From the IMG/VR virus record IMGVR_UViG_3300045950_000243, positions 1-63,476 of that record: DNA of 63,476 nt. One strand, given 5' to 3'. The position numbers and the translations under genes were made by a program. This DNA comes from a virus. Its lineage: Duplodnaviria > Caudoviricetes. Below are positions 19,378-28,700 of the stretch, one piece after another; positions within the stretch are counted from its first letter, which is position 1, and every line of letters starts with the position of its first letter. Below the pieces are notes generated by a model. The model saw nothing but the letters and a program-made list of their open reading frames with translations, had not been told where the DNA came from and did no database searches.

Positions 19378-21429
19378 TCAGCTCTCGTCGTCGCCGGACA
19401 GGACCGTCACGGCGGTGTTCGGCCCCTGGACCAGCGCCTCGAACTCCCGGCACTTCAAGTCCGCGAGGATCAGGTAGCGGCTGGTGGCGTCCGGGTGGGT
19501 GCTCCAGTCGGCGTCCAGGCGGGCGACGAAGCTGCCGTCGGAATGCGTCGGCGTCACCTGCTGGTAGTCGATGATCGTCCGGGTCTGGCCGGCGCCGGTG
19601 CCGCTGACGAGGGACACGACGCGGTAGTTGTAGAAGTCGGTCGTGCTGCTCGCCTGGGTGGTGTCGAACCGCAGCAGCCGCGGGTGCCACAGCCGCAGGG
19701 TGTCGCCCGAGGCCGGGGTCTTGCCCGTGTCCCACGCCTTCTCGACCTTGGCCTTCCGCGAGGACCCCGTGTAAGACACGATCTTGCGGGTCTGGCCCAG
19801 TCCCACGCCGCCGGTGACGTCGATCCGGTAGTTGGCGTAGAACCCGTCCTGGGTCGAGGTCGTGTCGGTCGCGCCGTTGCCCAGGTTGGCCCAGGCCGTC
19901 GGCAGGATGATCTCGTCGACGGTGGAGGCGCCGGCCTGGGAGCCGAGCGTGCCGTAGTGCAGCTCCTCGCCGGTGGACTCCTCGACGGTGCAGACCGGGC
20001 TGGTGACGTGGCACCACTTGACCCCCGGCACGTTCATGATGGTGTCTACGATCCAGGAGTAGCGCAGCTCGTTCTCGTAGCGGACCCGGTCCTCGCGGAA
20101 CAGGCCGGCGACGGCGGCGGTGACCGCGTTCTGCACCGTCGTCGTGTCGTAGCGCGCGTCCACCCGGATCTTGGCGATCACGTCCACCGCGACGTTGGTG
20201 CCGTTGGCGACCGCCGCCTGCACCGTCACCACCTTGCGGGCCTGAAGGAACTGCTGGAGGGACGTCCGCAGCGGCGCCGGGACGACGGCCACGAGGTCGT
20301 TGTTGCTGTCCGCCGTCCAGGCGTAGACCGTCACCACGTTCGAGATCCCGTCGCTGGGGCTGGACAGGACCCCGGCCTTGGCCACCGTCCCGTTGGCGGC
20401 GTCGGTGTAGCCGGCGCTGAGGGCACGGTAGTCGGTGGCGGTGATCGCCCGGTCGTTGGTCTTGAGGAAGGCCGGCGCGAAGAACTTGATGGACGAGTCG
20501 GACTCGCGGTCCTGGCCGCCCGAAGCCGGGTTGGTGTTGGTGACAGGCAGCGACACGGAGGTCGTGCCGGAGGGGTCGGTGCGGGTCGCCGGCAGGGTGC
20601 CGGACAGCGCCCGGGCGGTGACGTTGCCCTTAGCGCCGCCGCCGACCCGGTAGGTGACGACGACCTGCGCGCCCGTCGGCACGATCTTGCCGGTGATGCC
20701 GTCGCCGAACAGCAGCGTCGCCCGGTCCTTCTCGTCGATCTTGACTTCGTAGATGTTCGGGTCGTCCGGGTCGGGCGCCAGCACCAGGCTTTCGGCCTCG
20801 GTCCACGCCACGCCGTCGACCGTCACCGTCACGGTGCCGGCGACCACCGGGTAGTTGGTCAGGGCAAAGGTCTGGAACACCGTGCCGTCGCCGCGCAGCG
20901 TCTCGGTGTACTTCTTGCCCTCCACGGCGCCGACGAACGGCGCGCTCACCAGCGTGCTGTTCTGATACCAGTTGGTGCCGTCGTACAGCAGCGTGTAGTT
21001 CCGGTCGACCTCGAAGCGCAGGCCGGCGGCGGCGAGCGCCTGACCCTGGGTCACGACGAAGGTGATGGGCGGGTTGGTGAGCGAGATCCCGGAGGTGTCC
21101 ACGTCCAGGTTGACCGACGCCGAGGTCGACAGCGACGGCCGGTAGCCCAACATGCGCGCGATGTGGATGATGTTGCGCCGCTCGCGGGCGGTCGCCAGGT
21201 AGACCTCGTTGCCGATCCGGTTCTGGTAGTAGGACAGGTTGGCCAGGCCCACCGACGCCAGCTCCAGGAGGGCGATCCCGATCTGCGACTCGGTGAAGTC
21301 GGTGAAGTCGTTCGGGTAGTTGTCCCGCAGGAACTCGATGAGGGCCGTCTTGTGGGCGAAGAAGTCCCGCGCGGTCAGGTCGATCCGCGGCAGGACGGCG
21401 GGCGAGGAGGAGTTGGAGACGGTCGCCAT
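19378..21429 (-). CDS. baseplate wedge subunit (T4 gp6 / baseplate J-like)
   Basis: DFTES..GIALLEL; YLATARERRN; FGDGITGKI; YRVGGGAKGNV; GGQDRES; RAITATDY. Confidence 0.92.
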   Translation of the reverse strand: MATVSNSSSPAVLPRIDLTARDFFAHKTALIEFLRDNYPNDFTDFTESQIGIALLELASVGLANLSYYQNRIGNEVYLATARERRNIIHIARMLGYRPSLSTSASVNLDVDTSGISLTNPPITFVVTQGQALAAAGLRFEVDRNYTLLYDGTNWYQNSTLVSAPFVGAVEGKKYTETLRGDGTVFQTFALTNYPVVAGTVTVTVDGVAWTEAESLVLAPDPDDPNIYEVKIDEKDRATLLFGDGITGKIVPTGAQVVVTYRVGGGAKGNVTARALSGTLPATRTDPSGTTSVSLPVTNTNPASGGQDRESDSSIKFFAPAFLKTNDRAITATDYRALSAGYTDAANGTVAKAGVLSSPSDGISNVVTVYAWTADSNNDLVAVVPAPLRTSLQQFLQARKVVTVQAAVANGTNVAVDVIAKIRVDARYDTTTVQNAVTAAVAGLFREDRVRYENELRYSWIVDTIMNVPGVKWCHVTSPVCTVEESTGEELHYGTLGSQAGASTVDEIILPTAWANLGNGATDTTSTQDGFYANYRIDVTGGVGLGQTRKIVSYTGSSRKAKVEKAWDTGKTPASGDTLRLWHPRLLRFDTTQASSTTDFYNYRVVSLVSGTGAGQTRTIIDYQQVTPTHSDGSFVARLDADWSTHPDATSRYLILADLKCREFEALVQGPNTAVTVLSGDDES

Positions 21430-21800
21430 CAGATGTCTCGCACGAACGTAAGGACGAGGCTGTCTTCGGTCGCGTTCGACCGGATGAAGTACCGCAGGTT
21501 GAGCGCGAACTCGTGCTCCCGCGTCGTGACCTGCACGTCCAGCAGTTCGATGCGGCGCTCCCACCGGCGCAGGGCGTCCACCGTGGCGTTGCGAGCGGCG
21601 ACGGCCAGGATGTGGTCGTTGGGCTCGAAGACGAGTTCCGGCAGCCGGCTGCCGAAGCTGCGCAGGAACGGCCGCTCCCCAAGGCGCGTCGTCAGGATGA
21701 GCTGGATCGACGTGCGAATCACGTCCGCCGTCGAGCGCGAGACGAGCGCACCGCCCTGCGCGCGCGTGAGGGGAGCCGCGAGGCCGAGGAAGTCCGGCAT
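21429..21800 (-). CDS. baseplate protein gp25 / GPW-like
   Basis: SIQLILTTRLGERPFLRSFGSRLPELVFEP...ALRRWERRI. Confidence 0.93.
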   Translation of the reverse strand: MPDFLGLAAPLTRAQGGALVSRSTADVIRTSIQLILTTRLGERPFLRSFGSRLPELVFEPNDHILAVAARNATVDALRRWERRIELLDVQVTTREHEFALNLRYFIRSNATEDSLVLTFVRDI

Positions 21801-21801
21801 G

Positions 21802-22080
21802 TCAGCCTCCGATCACCACGTCGGTCGAACTGGTATTGACGATGTGGCCGCAGGTCGCCGTGTCGTTCAGCCGGCAGACCGCGCGGCCGTACGCCCGGAC
21901 GGTGCTCGACCCGGTCGCCAGCGTCGCGTTGGCGTGGCTGCCGCTGCCGTGGGAGTCCACGTCGTCTGTGACGATGGCGAGGAAGAAGCCGTTGACCCGC
22001 ACGGTGCCGAGGTTGTTGGCGCCCTGCCGGATGATCCCGGTCGCCACCGTGTCGAGGTTGCAGCGCGCTGCTCCGGGCAT
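21802..22080 (-). CDS. PAAR spike-tip protein (T4 gp5.4-like)
   Basis: MPGAAR...VRVNG...SH...H...GSSTVRAYGRAVCRLNDTATCGH. Confidence 0.88.
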   Translation of the reverse strand: MPGAARCNLDTVATGIIRQGANNLGTVRVNGFFLAIVTDDVDSHGSGSHANATLATGSSTVRAYGRAVCRLNDTATCGHIVNTSSTDVVIGG

Positions 22081-22125
22081 GGGGTCCTCCTTTGGGGCGG
22101 AAACAGCTCCCCAGCAGAACCGCTG

Positions 22126-22566
22126 CTAGACGCGCCAGGCGGGCCGCAGAGCCGGGGGCGGCGCCGGACGGAGGTTGGTACGGGGGTCCCCCGCGGAAGC
22201 CGCCACGCCCCAAGTCTTGCGAAGCGTCTCGATGACCAGGGAGTCCACCGCCTGGAGGAGCGCCGCGGCCTCGGCCGGGGTCTCGGCGGCGAAGTCGAGG
22301 AGCGCTTCCCGCTCCACGATCCGCTCGCCTCTGGCTCGGAAGTTCGGGCAGAAGGTCGGCCAGACGACCCGCGGGTCCTGGACCTGGCCGCACCAGGGAA
22401 CCTCCCGGCGCGTCTCGTAGCGCGTGCACAGGCCGTCCCGGCCCAGGTGGGGGCAGGCGACTCGGGACCGGACCAGGACGCGCTCCTGGCCCCAGCGGAC
22501 GGGGGCGGAGAAGAAGCAGCAGGCCCCCAGGGAGGGGCAGGCGGTGCACTCCGCGAGGTCGGTCAT
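22126..22566 (-). CDS. cysteine-cluster protein (YkgJ-like)
   Basis: CTACPSLGACC...CPHLGRDGLCTRYETR...C...C; ATGA coupling. Confidence 0.65.
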   Translation of the reverse strand: MTDLAECTACPSLGACCFFSAPVRWGQERVLVRSRVACPHLGRDGLCTRYETRREVPWCGQVQDPRVVWPTFCPNFRARGERIVEREALLDFAAETPAEAAALLQAVDSLVIETLRKTWGVAASAGDPRTNLRPAPPPALRPAWRV

Positions 22567-22988
22567 GAGCCTTCGGCCGCCGCGGTCGCCTGGACCCATC
22601 GGCGCAGGGCGTACTCGGCCGCGGCGGACAGCGCCGGGCTGTCGCGGTGGAACCACGCGAGGGCCCAGTTGCCGGCCCCGAACAGCGCATTGTAGGCGGC
22701 GTGCAGTTGGGTCCCGGTCGCCCCGACGGCGGCCCGCGCGGCGCCCTCGTCGCCCGCGGTGGACACCTGCATGACTTCGACGCCGTCCCAGTCGACGACC
22801 ACCGCGACCGCCGAATCCGGGCTTTCGACCGTCTCCTGGAAGGCGTAGAGCTGCACCAGCGGCGGGGGCGTCACCCGGGCGGACACGGTGACGGGCTGCG
22901 TCCGCAGGAGCCGCGCGTCGAACGCGACGGTCTTGGTGAGGTTCGGGAGCTGGACCGCCGCGTCGAGAATGAGGTTGAGCGTGGGCAT
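22563..22988 (-). CDS. hypothetical protein with N-terminal copy of the neck-fibre repeat
   Basis: LDAAVQLPNLTKTVAFDAR matches the 15-aa repeat of 38252-40735. Confidence 0.7.
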   Translation of the reverse strand: MPTLNLILDAAVQLPNLTKTVAFDARLLRTQPVTVSARVTPPPLVQLYAFQETVESPDSAVAVVVDWDGVEVMQVSTAGDEGAARAAVGATGTQLHAAYNALFGAGNWALAWFHRDSPALSAAAEYALRRWVQATAAAEGS

Positions 22989-22997
22989 GGGCGGATC

Positions 22998-25277
22998 TCA
23001 GAGGATCGGCAGGCAGCGCAGGCCCTTGACCGACTCGTCCTCCGCGTGGCCCGACCCGTAGCCGAACCCGGGCTCCAGCCGGCCCTGGAGGTAGTCGAAC
23101 GCGCGCCAACCGCCGGCCGTGCCTTCGGCGGCCATCGCCGGCAGCAGCTCCCGCCCGCCGTAGATTTCCCAGTTCTGCGCCGGCCAGCGGCTCCAGGTGC
23201 CGGACTTGTGGTTCCAGAAGGGGTAGCTGGGGTCCGGGCTCGGCCAGGACGACGGCGGCGGGTAGCCGCCGTTGCTGCCGTTGTCCTGCTGGCACTGCTG
23301 AGTGAACTCCCACGAGTGGTTGACCGCGAGCTGGTAGCACAGCTCCCCCATCGACGGGAGCATCGTGATGCCGCTCGGGCCCGGGTCCTTCCAACAGTTG
23401 CTGGTGTCGAGGGCGGGCGTGTGGCCGGCCGGGGCCAAGGTGTAGTCGAAGGTGTTGCCGTGATACCACAGGGCCTTCACGCCCGTGGCCGCCGTGAACT
23501 TCCACGCCTTCGTGTGGTAGTTCTTCCACCCCGGCGGGGCGAACGCGAACGTGAAGTAACGGACCCACCAGTCGAACAGGCTCTTCGCCTTGCCGAAGGC
23601 CGTAGTGTCGCGCTGGGACATCCGCCAGACGTTGTAGAACGTCCAGGCGAACCAGGCGTACTGCCAGGGGGAACTCTGGTAGGCGACCGGGAAGAACGCG
23701 CGGCCGGAATACTTCCACTCCTCCGCCCGGACGCCCAGCGGCAGGTTGGTCGTGTCGTTGACCGCCAGGGCGAAGTTGTCGAGCGTCGCCTGCAGCCGGC
23801 TCTCCAGGTAGCCGGTCCAGTCGGCCGTCGTGAAGTCGCTCGTCACCTTGGGGCAGAAGAAGGACCCGTGCGCGAGGTTGCGGGTCGCCCAGGCCCCGTA
23901 GCGCGCCTCCTTGCGGACGTAGCCCGGCTTGGGCCAGTCGAGCACGCTGTAGACCGCCCAGAACGACGTCTCCTCGGCGTGGAACTTGTCCCCGGTCATC
24001 AGGTAGGTGTAGAGCCCCAGCCCCGGGCCGTGGCTGCGGTCCGGGTTGGCGGGGTTGACGTCCCCGACCCGGTCCCCGGACGGACTGAACACGTTGGTGT
24101 TGAGCAGGCCCGGGTGGTTGTGCCGGATGCCTGGTTCCCGGCTGGTCGGGTCCCGGTAGTGGATCGGGAAGTTGCCCGAGCCGTTGCCGTCCGCGGCGTT
24201 GCCGATGCCCCAGGCGGCGACGTGGCCGAGAATGTTGTTCTGCCGGCAGATCGCCCAGGTCGGGGCCCCGCCGATGTCCGGCCGGCCGCCCGTGCCCGGC
24301 ATGTTGTTGTAGATCGGCCCGCTGTCGAACGGGATGCCGGTCTCCGGCCAGTTGGTCGTGTCGACGTTGCCGCGGCCCGACCCCGGTCCCCCCGTCACCC
24401 GGGAGTTCACGCTGGCGGCCTCCGTCGCCGACAGGGGCTTCGTGTAGTCGTACGGCGGGAAGAAGCCCTTCTTGGCCAGGTACTTGAACTCCTGCTGCCA
24501 GATCAGCAGCGGCGGCGCCAGTCCGGCCCAGCCGCGGACCAGCGCCCGAGTCGCGTCGTAGAACGTGCCCGAGGCCAGCGTCTTGAAGGTAGTGCCGCCG
24601 ATCAGGAACTGCAGGCTGGTGAAGGGGATGTCGCCGAACTTGGTGCCGCGGGCGAAGCTCTCGCCCGACGTCAGCGGGACCGGGCAGTTTTCCAGGGTGA
24701 AGTCGAGCCGGGCGCCCGGCCAGTTGTCGTAGAAGCGCCAGGCGATCCGTGCGGTGGCCCAGCGGTGGGCGTTGTTCAGGGAGTCCTTGAGCGTCACCCA
24801 CTCCTCGGTCTCGGCCATCACCGGGCCGGCCAGGTCGGTCGCCGGGTCTACGACGCCGGTCTCGGCGTTGCACAGCTTGGTCGCCTCGTTGGAGCTGGTC
24901 GCCGTGTAGGTCTTGGCGTCGGTCGAGTCGACGAAGGAGATCCGGCCCTGGATGCCGGCCGCCGTCAGGCTGGAGTGGACGCTGAGCGGCGTGGTCTTCT
25001 GCCGCGGGTTGTCCTGGACGAACTCGACGAGATGCAGCAGGTTGGGGCGGATCAGCGGCGCCAGGAAGCTGACCATCATGTGGCAGACGGAACCGTCGTT
25101 CCACAGGCGCCGGACGTCCACCTGCGCGGCGACCGGCAGGCCCTGGAACAGGACGGCCACGACCCGGCCGGACGGAAACTCCCCCTTGCCGCAGCCCACG
25201 CCGAGCGTGACCGGGCAGTTGACGGTGGTCTGGTTCGACCGCTCGTAGAGGGCGCCGCGGGTGTAGCCGAGTGCCAT
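22998..25277 (-). CDS. putative polysaccharide lyase / depolymerase-like protein
   Basis: N-terminus PVTLGVGCGKGE...AQVDVRRLWNDGSV resembles the PcRGLX/YetA-type N-terminal barrel; aromatic-rich helical C-terminal half; MPGTGGRPDIG. Confidence 0.5.
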   Translation of the reverse strand: MALGYTRGALYERSNQTTVNCPVTLGVGCGKGEFPSGRVVAVLFQGLPVAAQVDVRRLWNDGSVCHMMVSFLAPLIRPNLLHLVEFVQDNPRQKTTPLSVHSSLTAAGIQGRISFVDSTDAKTYTATSSNEATKLCNAETGVVDPATDLAGPVMAETEEWVTLKDSLNNAHRWATARIAWRFYDNWPGARLDFTLENCPVPLTSGESFARGTKFGDIPFTSLQFLIGGTTFKTLASGTFYDATRALVRGWAGLAPPLLIWQQEFKYLAKKGFFPPYDYTKPLSATEAASVNSRVTGGPGSGRGNVDTTNWPETGIPFDSGPIYNNMPGTGGRPDIGGAPTWAICRQNNILGHVAAWGIGNAADGNGSGNFPIHYRDPTSREPGIRHNHPGLLNTNVFSPSGDRVGDVNPANPDRSHGPGLGLYTYLMTGDKFHAEETSFWAVYSVLDWPKPGYVRKEARYGAWATRNLAHGSFFCPKVTSDFTTADWTGYLESRLQATLDNFALAVNDTTNLPLGVRAEEWKYSGRAFFPVAYQSSPWQYAWFAWTFYNVWRMSQRDTTAFGKAKSLFDWWVRYFTFAFAPPGWKNYHTKAWKFTAATGVKALWYHGNTFDYTLAPAGHTPALDTSNCWKDPGPSGITMLPSMGELCYQLAVNHSWEFTQQCQQDNGSNGGYPPPSSWPSPDPSYPFWNHKSGTWSRWPAQNWEIYGGRELLPAMAAEGTAGGWRAFDYLQGRLEPGFGYGSGHAEDESVKGLRCLPIL

Positions 25278-25286
25278 CCGGAAGCC

Positions 25287-26453
25287 TCAGTTGAGCTGGA
25301 CGGACGGAGCCTGGATGCGGATCTGCGCGTTCGACGTGATGTTCAGCGCCTGCTCGGCGTGGATGTCCATCTGGCCGGCGGCCGTGAGGCTGATCTTGCC
25401 GTTGGTCGCGTCGATGCGGACTTCCCGGTTGTTGCCGCCCAGGAAGATCGTCGCGCCGTTGCTGGTCGTGATGGTCGCCCCCGGGATGCCGGTCGGGCCG
25501 TGCTTGCCCTGGACGTAGAAGGCCGTCGCCGGGTCCTGGGTCGTGCCGCGCAGCATGTCGGTGTACTGGTCCAGGTCGACGGCGAGTTCGCCGCCCTTCG
25601 CCCCGGACGAGAGCTTCGCGTGCGCCAGGTTGCTGCCGGCCGCGGCCCCGTCCGGGTCGAGCAACAGCGCCACCACGTCCCCGGAGGCCGACGACGGGAT
25701 GGTCTGCATCAGGACCTTCTTGCCGGTGTCGTTCAGGTCGAGGAAGTGGCCGCTCTTGGTCTGGGCGTGGATGCGCTGCTGGTTGGGGTCGTCGTTGATC
25801 TGGATGCGGGCCCCGTTCGGCGACGTGACCTCGATGCGCGGGTAGCCGGTCGGCCCGTCGTCGAGCAGCACGTTGCAGCCGCTCTTGGTCTGGATCTCGA
25901 TGCGGCGCCGGTTGGGGTGGTCGTCCATCACCAGGAGCTGCCCCTGGGACGACTCCAGCACCACGTCCGGGCTCTGATCGTTGTCGTCCAGGACGATCCG
26001 GTGGCCGCGCGGCGTCTCGAAGGTGTGCACCAGCGGCGCGGTCGCGGTGTTCTTGCTGGGGTTCGAGCCGGGGAAGGTCGGGTACTTGACCCCGTTGTTG
26101 CCGGCAGGCCCCGGGTCGCGGCCGCTGTAGGTCGCCGGCACGTCGCCGTAGCCCTCGATGGTGCCCAGCCAGAACGGGTAGCGCGGGTCGGCGTGGAAGA
26201 ACATCACGGCCACCTGCGTGCCGAGCGGCGGCACCCAGCGGACTCCCGACGGCAGGCTGCCGCCGAGGTTGATCCGCGAGGCCCAGGGCAGCGACGCGGT
26301 GGGGATGGCCGCCGAGTTGGCGCCGTGGATCTGCTTGACCCGCACCCGCAGCCGGCCGAGCCGCTCCGGGTCGTTGCGGTCCTCCACGACGCCGATCCAC
26401 AGCCCCGGGTACTGGGTCTGCGTGCGCGCGGTCCGGGATTCGAGGGTGTCCAT
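25287..26453 (-). CDS. baseplate central spike (T4 gp5 / gpV-like; OB fold plus beta-helix, no lysozyme domain seen)
   Basis: GVVEDRNDPERLGRLRVRV...LPWA...PPLGTQVAVMF..DPRYPFWLG; repeated T.SG..L.LDD strands. Confidence 0.9.
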   Translation of the reverse strand: MDTLESRTARTQTQYPGLWIGVVEDRNDPERLGRLRVRVKQIHGANSAAIPTASLPWASRINLGGSLPSGVRWVPPLGTQVAVMFFHADPRYPFWLGTIEGYGDVPATYSGRDPGPAGNNGVKYPTFPGSNPSKNTATAPLVHTFETPRGHRIVLDDNDQSPDVVLESSQGQLLVMDDHPNRRRIEIQTKSGCNVLLDDGPTGYPRIEVTSPNGARIQINDDPNQQRIHAQTKSGHFLDLNDTGKKVLMQTIPSSASGDVVALLLDPDGAAAGSNLAHAKLSSGAKGGELAVDLDQYTDMLRGTTQDPATAFYVQGKHGPTGIPGATITTSNGATIFLGGNNREVRIDATNGKISLTAAGQMDIHAEQALNITSNAQIRIQAPSVQLN

Positions 26454-27721
26454 CAGCCGCCGGCCTCCGCCTCTGCGTCCACGGTCAGGTAGGTCCGAGC
26501 GTCGTCCTCGTCGAAGTCGGCCAGCTCGGGCGGCACGCCCGGGTTGGGCGTCACCCCGTAGCGCGCCCCGTCGCTCTGGAGGTTCATCTCCGACACGAAG
26601 GACCCCGCCTGGATCTTGTGCGTCACGCGCACCACGCGGTAGACCCCGGACGTGTAGTGGAACACGTCCTGGTATTCGCGCTGGGGGTGGCTCAGGGACG
26701 CCCCGCGCTTGAGGACGAAGACTTCGAGGAGGTCGCCCGGCACGATCCGCGGGTCGCCGAGGGTCGTCAGCACCGCCTCCCACGCCATGCGGCGGGTCGC
26801 CGCGAACTTGCTCGCGGCCCACGCCTGGACGTCGCCGAGCCGCTGGAACGGCACGCTGTAGTAGCGGCTGATCCCGCCGGGGGCGGGCGGGTCGTCGTGC
26901 GTCTCCGGGGCGATCTGCGGCAGCGCCGCGGGGGGCGCGTCTAGGCTCACGTCCTGGGTCAGGTTCTGCTTGGCGAGCCAGTCGTAGCTCTCGACCCGGA
27001 TGCTGCCGCCCCCCAGGTACAGGATGAGCTGGCCGTTGAAGGCCGGGGAGAAGCCCACCACGTCGCCCATCTGGTCGCGGGCAAAGAGGAAGCGGCGCTT
27101 GATCTGCTGGTAGACGGGCGGCCCGAAGTAGGCCCGCCGCCCGTCGACCCGGAACTCCCAGCCCGGGGAGTCGTCCGCCCCCTTGGCGAGCGGCTTGAGC
27201 ACCGTGTCGATGAAGCGCAGGTCGGTGATGTTGGTCTGCTGGTACTCGCCCGGCTCGTCGCCCGTCGGCTGGACGTCGGGCGTCAGGTTGTTGCGCGCGA
27301 GCAGCCGCGTGACGATCTCGTCGATCTTGCCCTGGTGGATCTCGCTCTGGACTTCCTTCATGCCGCGCAGGGCGAAGTCCGTCACCGTTACGTCGAGGTA
27401 GGCGCCCTCGGCCTCGAACCGCGGCGCGTAGGTGAGCAGGACGCCCTCGCGCTTCTCGGAGGTCCAGCCGCCCAGCCAGCCGTACTCGAAGGCGGTCCGC
27501 TGGTCCTGGATGATGAGGTCTTCGATCAGGTCGTACTCGGGGTCGAAGAACGAGGCCGTGAGCTTGCCCTGCACCCCGTCGACGAATAGCTCGTGGGAGA
27601 ACGACTGCAGGAAGTTCGGGATTGCTCCCAGGTTGACCTGCCCGACCACGAGGTTGACGAAGGGCATGGCCGGGGTCAGGAACCGGCGGTTCTCCGTGGT
27701 GGACGCGACCAGGAGCGCCAT
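26453..27721 (-). CDS. baseplate hub protein (gpD / gp27-like)
   Basis: QTNITDLRFI; TTLGDPRIVPGD; SGVYRVVRVTHKI; position before the spike. Confidence 0.85.
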   Translation of the reverse strand: MALLVASTTENRRFLTPAMPFVNLVVGQVNLGAIPNFLQSFSHELFVDGVQGKLTASFFDPEYDLIEDLIIQDQRTAFEYGWLGGWTSEKREGVLLTYAPRFEAEGAYLDVTVTDFALRGMKEVQSEIHQGKIDEIVTRLLARNNLTPDVQPTGDEPGEYQQTNITDLRFIDTVLKPLAKGADDSPGWEFRVDGRRAYFGPPVYQQIKRRFLFARDQMGDVVGFSPAFNGQLILYLGGGSIRVESYDWLAKQNLTQDVSLDAPPAALPQIAPETHDDPPAPGGISRYYSVPFQRLGDVQAWAASKFAATRRMAWEAVLTTLGDPRIVPGDLLEVFVLKRGASLSHPQREYQDVFHYTSGVYRVVRVTHKIQAGSFVSEMNLQSDGARYGVTPNPGVPPELADFDEDDARTYLTVDAEAEAGG

Positions 27722-27724
27722 GGC

Positions 27725-28159
27725 CTAGAGCAGCGGCGTCCCGCCACGCACGGTGGGCAGTTGCAGGGGCGTCGCGGCAACCGCCGTGGTGAGCGTCCGG
27801 CCGCGCGACAGGATGGCGACCACGCGATCCCGGCTCGGGATGCGCAGCCGGGTGCCCGTGGCGATGCCGCCCTTGTTCGGGTCGTCCGAGGTCGGGTCGG
27901 TGATGTCGTTCGCGTGGGCAATGACCCACCACAGGTCCGGCGTCGCGTAGAACTTCTCGCTGACGTGGTCCAGGGCGCCGATGTCCTTGCGCTGGACGAC
28001 GTAGGACTGGTCGCTCGCGTCCGGGGGGAAGTCGACGGGCTCCCACGTCCCCCAGGCGTAGTCGTTGAGTAGCACGTTGTCGTCCTGCGGATCGCGGACC
28101 TGGTACAGCGTGGTCCGCTGCATGGTGCTGACGGCCGGCAGGCGCAGTTGGCGTCCCAT
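27725..28159 (-). CDS. baseplate wedge gp53 / LysM-like protein
   Basis: LDHVSEKFYATPDLWWVIAHANDITDP...GTRLRIP. Confidence 0.85.
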   Translation of the reverse strand: MGRQLRLPAVSTMQRTTLYQVRDPQDDNVLLNDYAWGTWEPVDFPPDASDQSYVVQRKDIGALDHVSEKFYATPDLWWVIAHANDITDPTSDDPNKGGIATGTRLRIPSRDRVVAILSRGRTLTTAVAATPLQLPTVRGGTPLL

Positions 28160-28171
28160 GGCGTCCTCCTA

Positions 28172-28699
28172 CTAGCCGCCCCGCGCGGCCGACGAGGCGA
28201 CCCGCTCGCTGCGGATCTGCGTCGACGTCGGCGGGATCAGGTTGACCTCGGCGATGGTAAGTTGGACCTCGGCGCGGTGCGGCACGATGTCCGGCAGTTC
28301 CCAGGGCTCCCGGTAGGTCGCGCTGTAGCTTTCCACGATGCCGCGCAGGTCGAAGGTGCGGCCGATGATGAGCAGGACCACCGGCGGCGGGATGACGATG
28401 CCGTCGCGGAGGTCCGGGTAGACCAGCGAGCGCAGGAAGGCCACCGCCTGGAGCACGTCGTCGGGGACGCCGGTGTCGTCCTGGTCGGTCGAAGCGAAGA
28501 AGTGGAGCGTCAGGCTGATGCTGCGCGGGCCGCTGCTCGCGTAGACCCGGTACGGCTCCGCCCGCCCGATGATCGGCACCGCCGCCCATTCGGCGTTCTT
28601 GGTGTCCGTGATCTCCTCGGGGAACATCTGGAACTCCAGCCGTTGCCGGGTGTCCTCCTCCAGGGCGATGTAGGCGTTCTGGTAGCGGACGGCGGGCAT
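28172..28699 (-). CDS. tail tube initiator / gpU-like protein
   Basis: FQMFPEEITDTKNAEW..IIGRAEP..Y.SSGPRSISLTL; PPPVVLLIIG. Confidence 0.8.
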   Translation of the reverse strand: MPAVRYQNAYIALEEDTRQRLEFQMFPEEITDTKNAEWAAVPIIGRAEPYRVYASSGPRSISLTLHFFASTDQDDTGVPDDVLQAVAFLRSLVYPDLRDGIVIPPPVVLLIIGRTFDLRGIVESYSATYREPWELPDIVPHRAEVQLTIAEVNLIPPTSTQIRSERVASSAARGG

Positions 28700-28700
28700 G

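Noticed and set aside
12006-19574. 2522-aa plus-strand ORF and other very long plus-strand ORFs (19372-22695, 22647-26492, 38105-40885)
   Set aside because: Antisense shadows of high-GC3 minus-strand genes; no motifs, and the minus-strand genes carry clear family signatures
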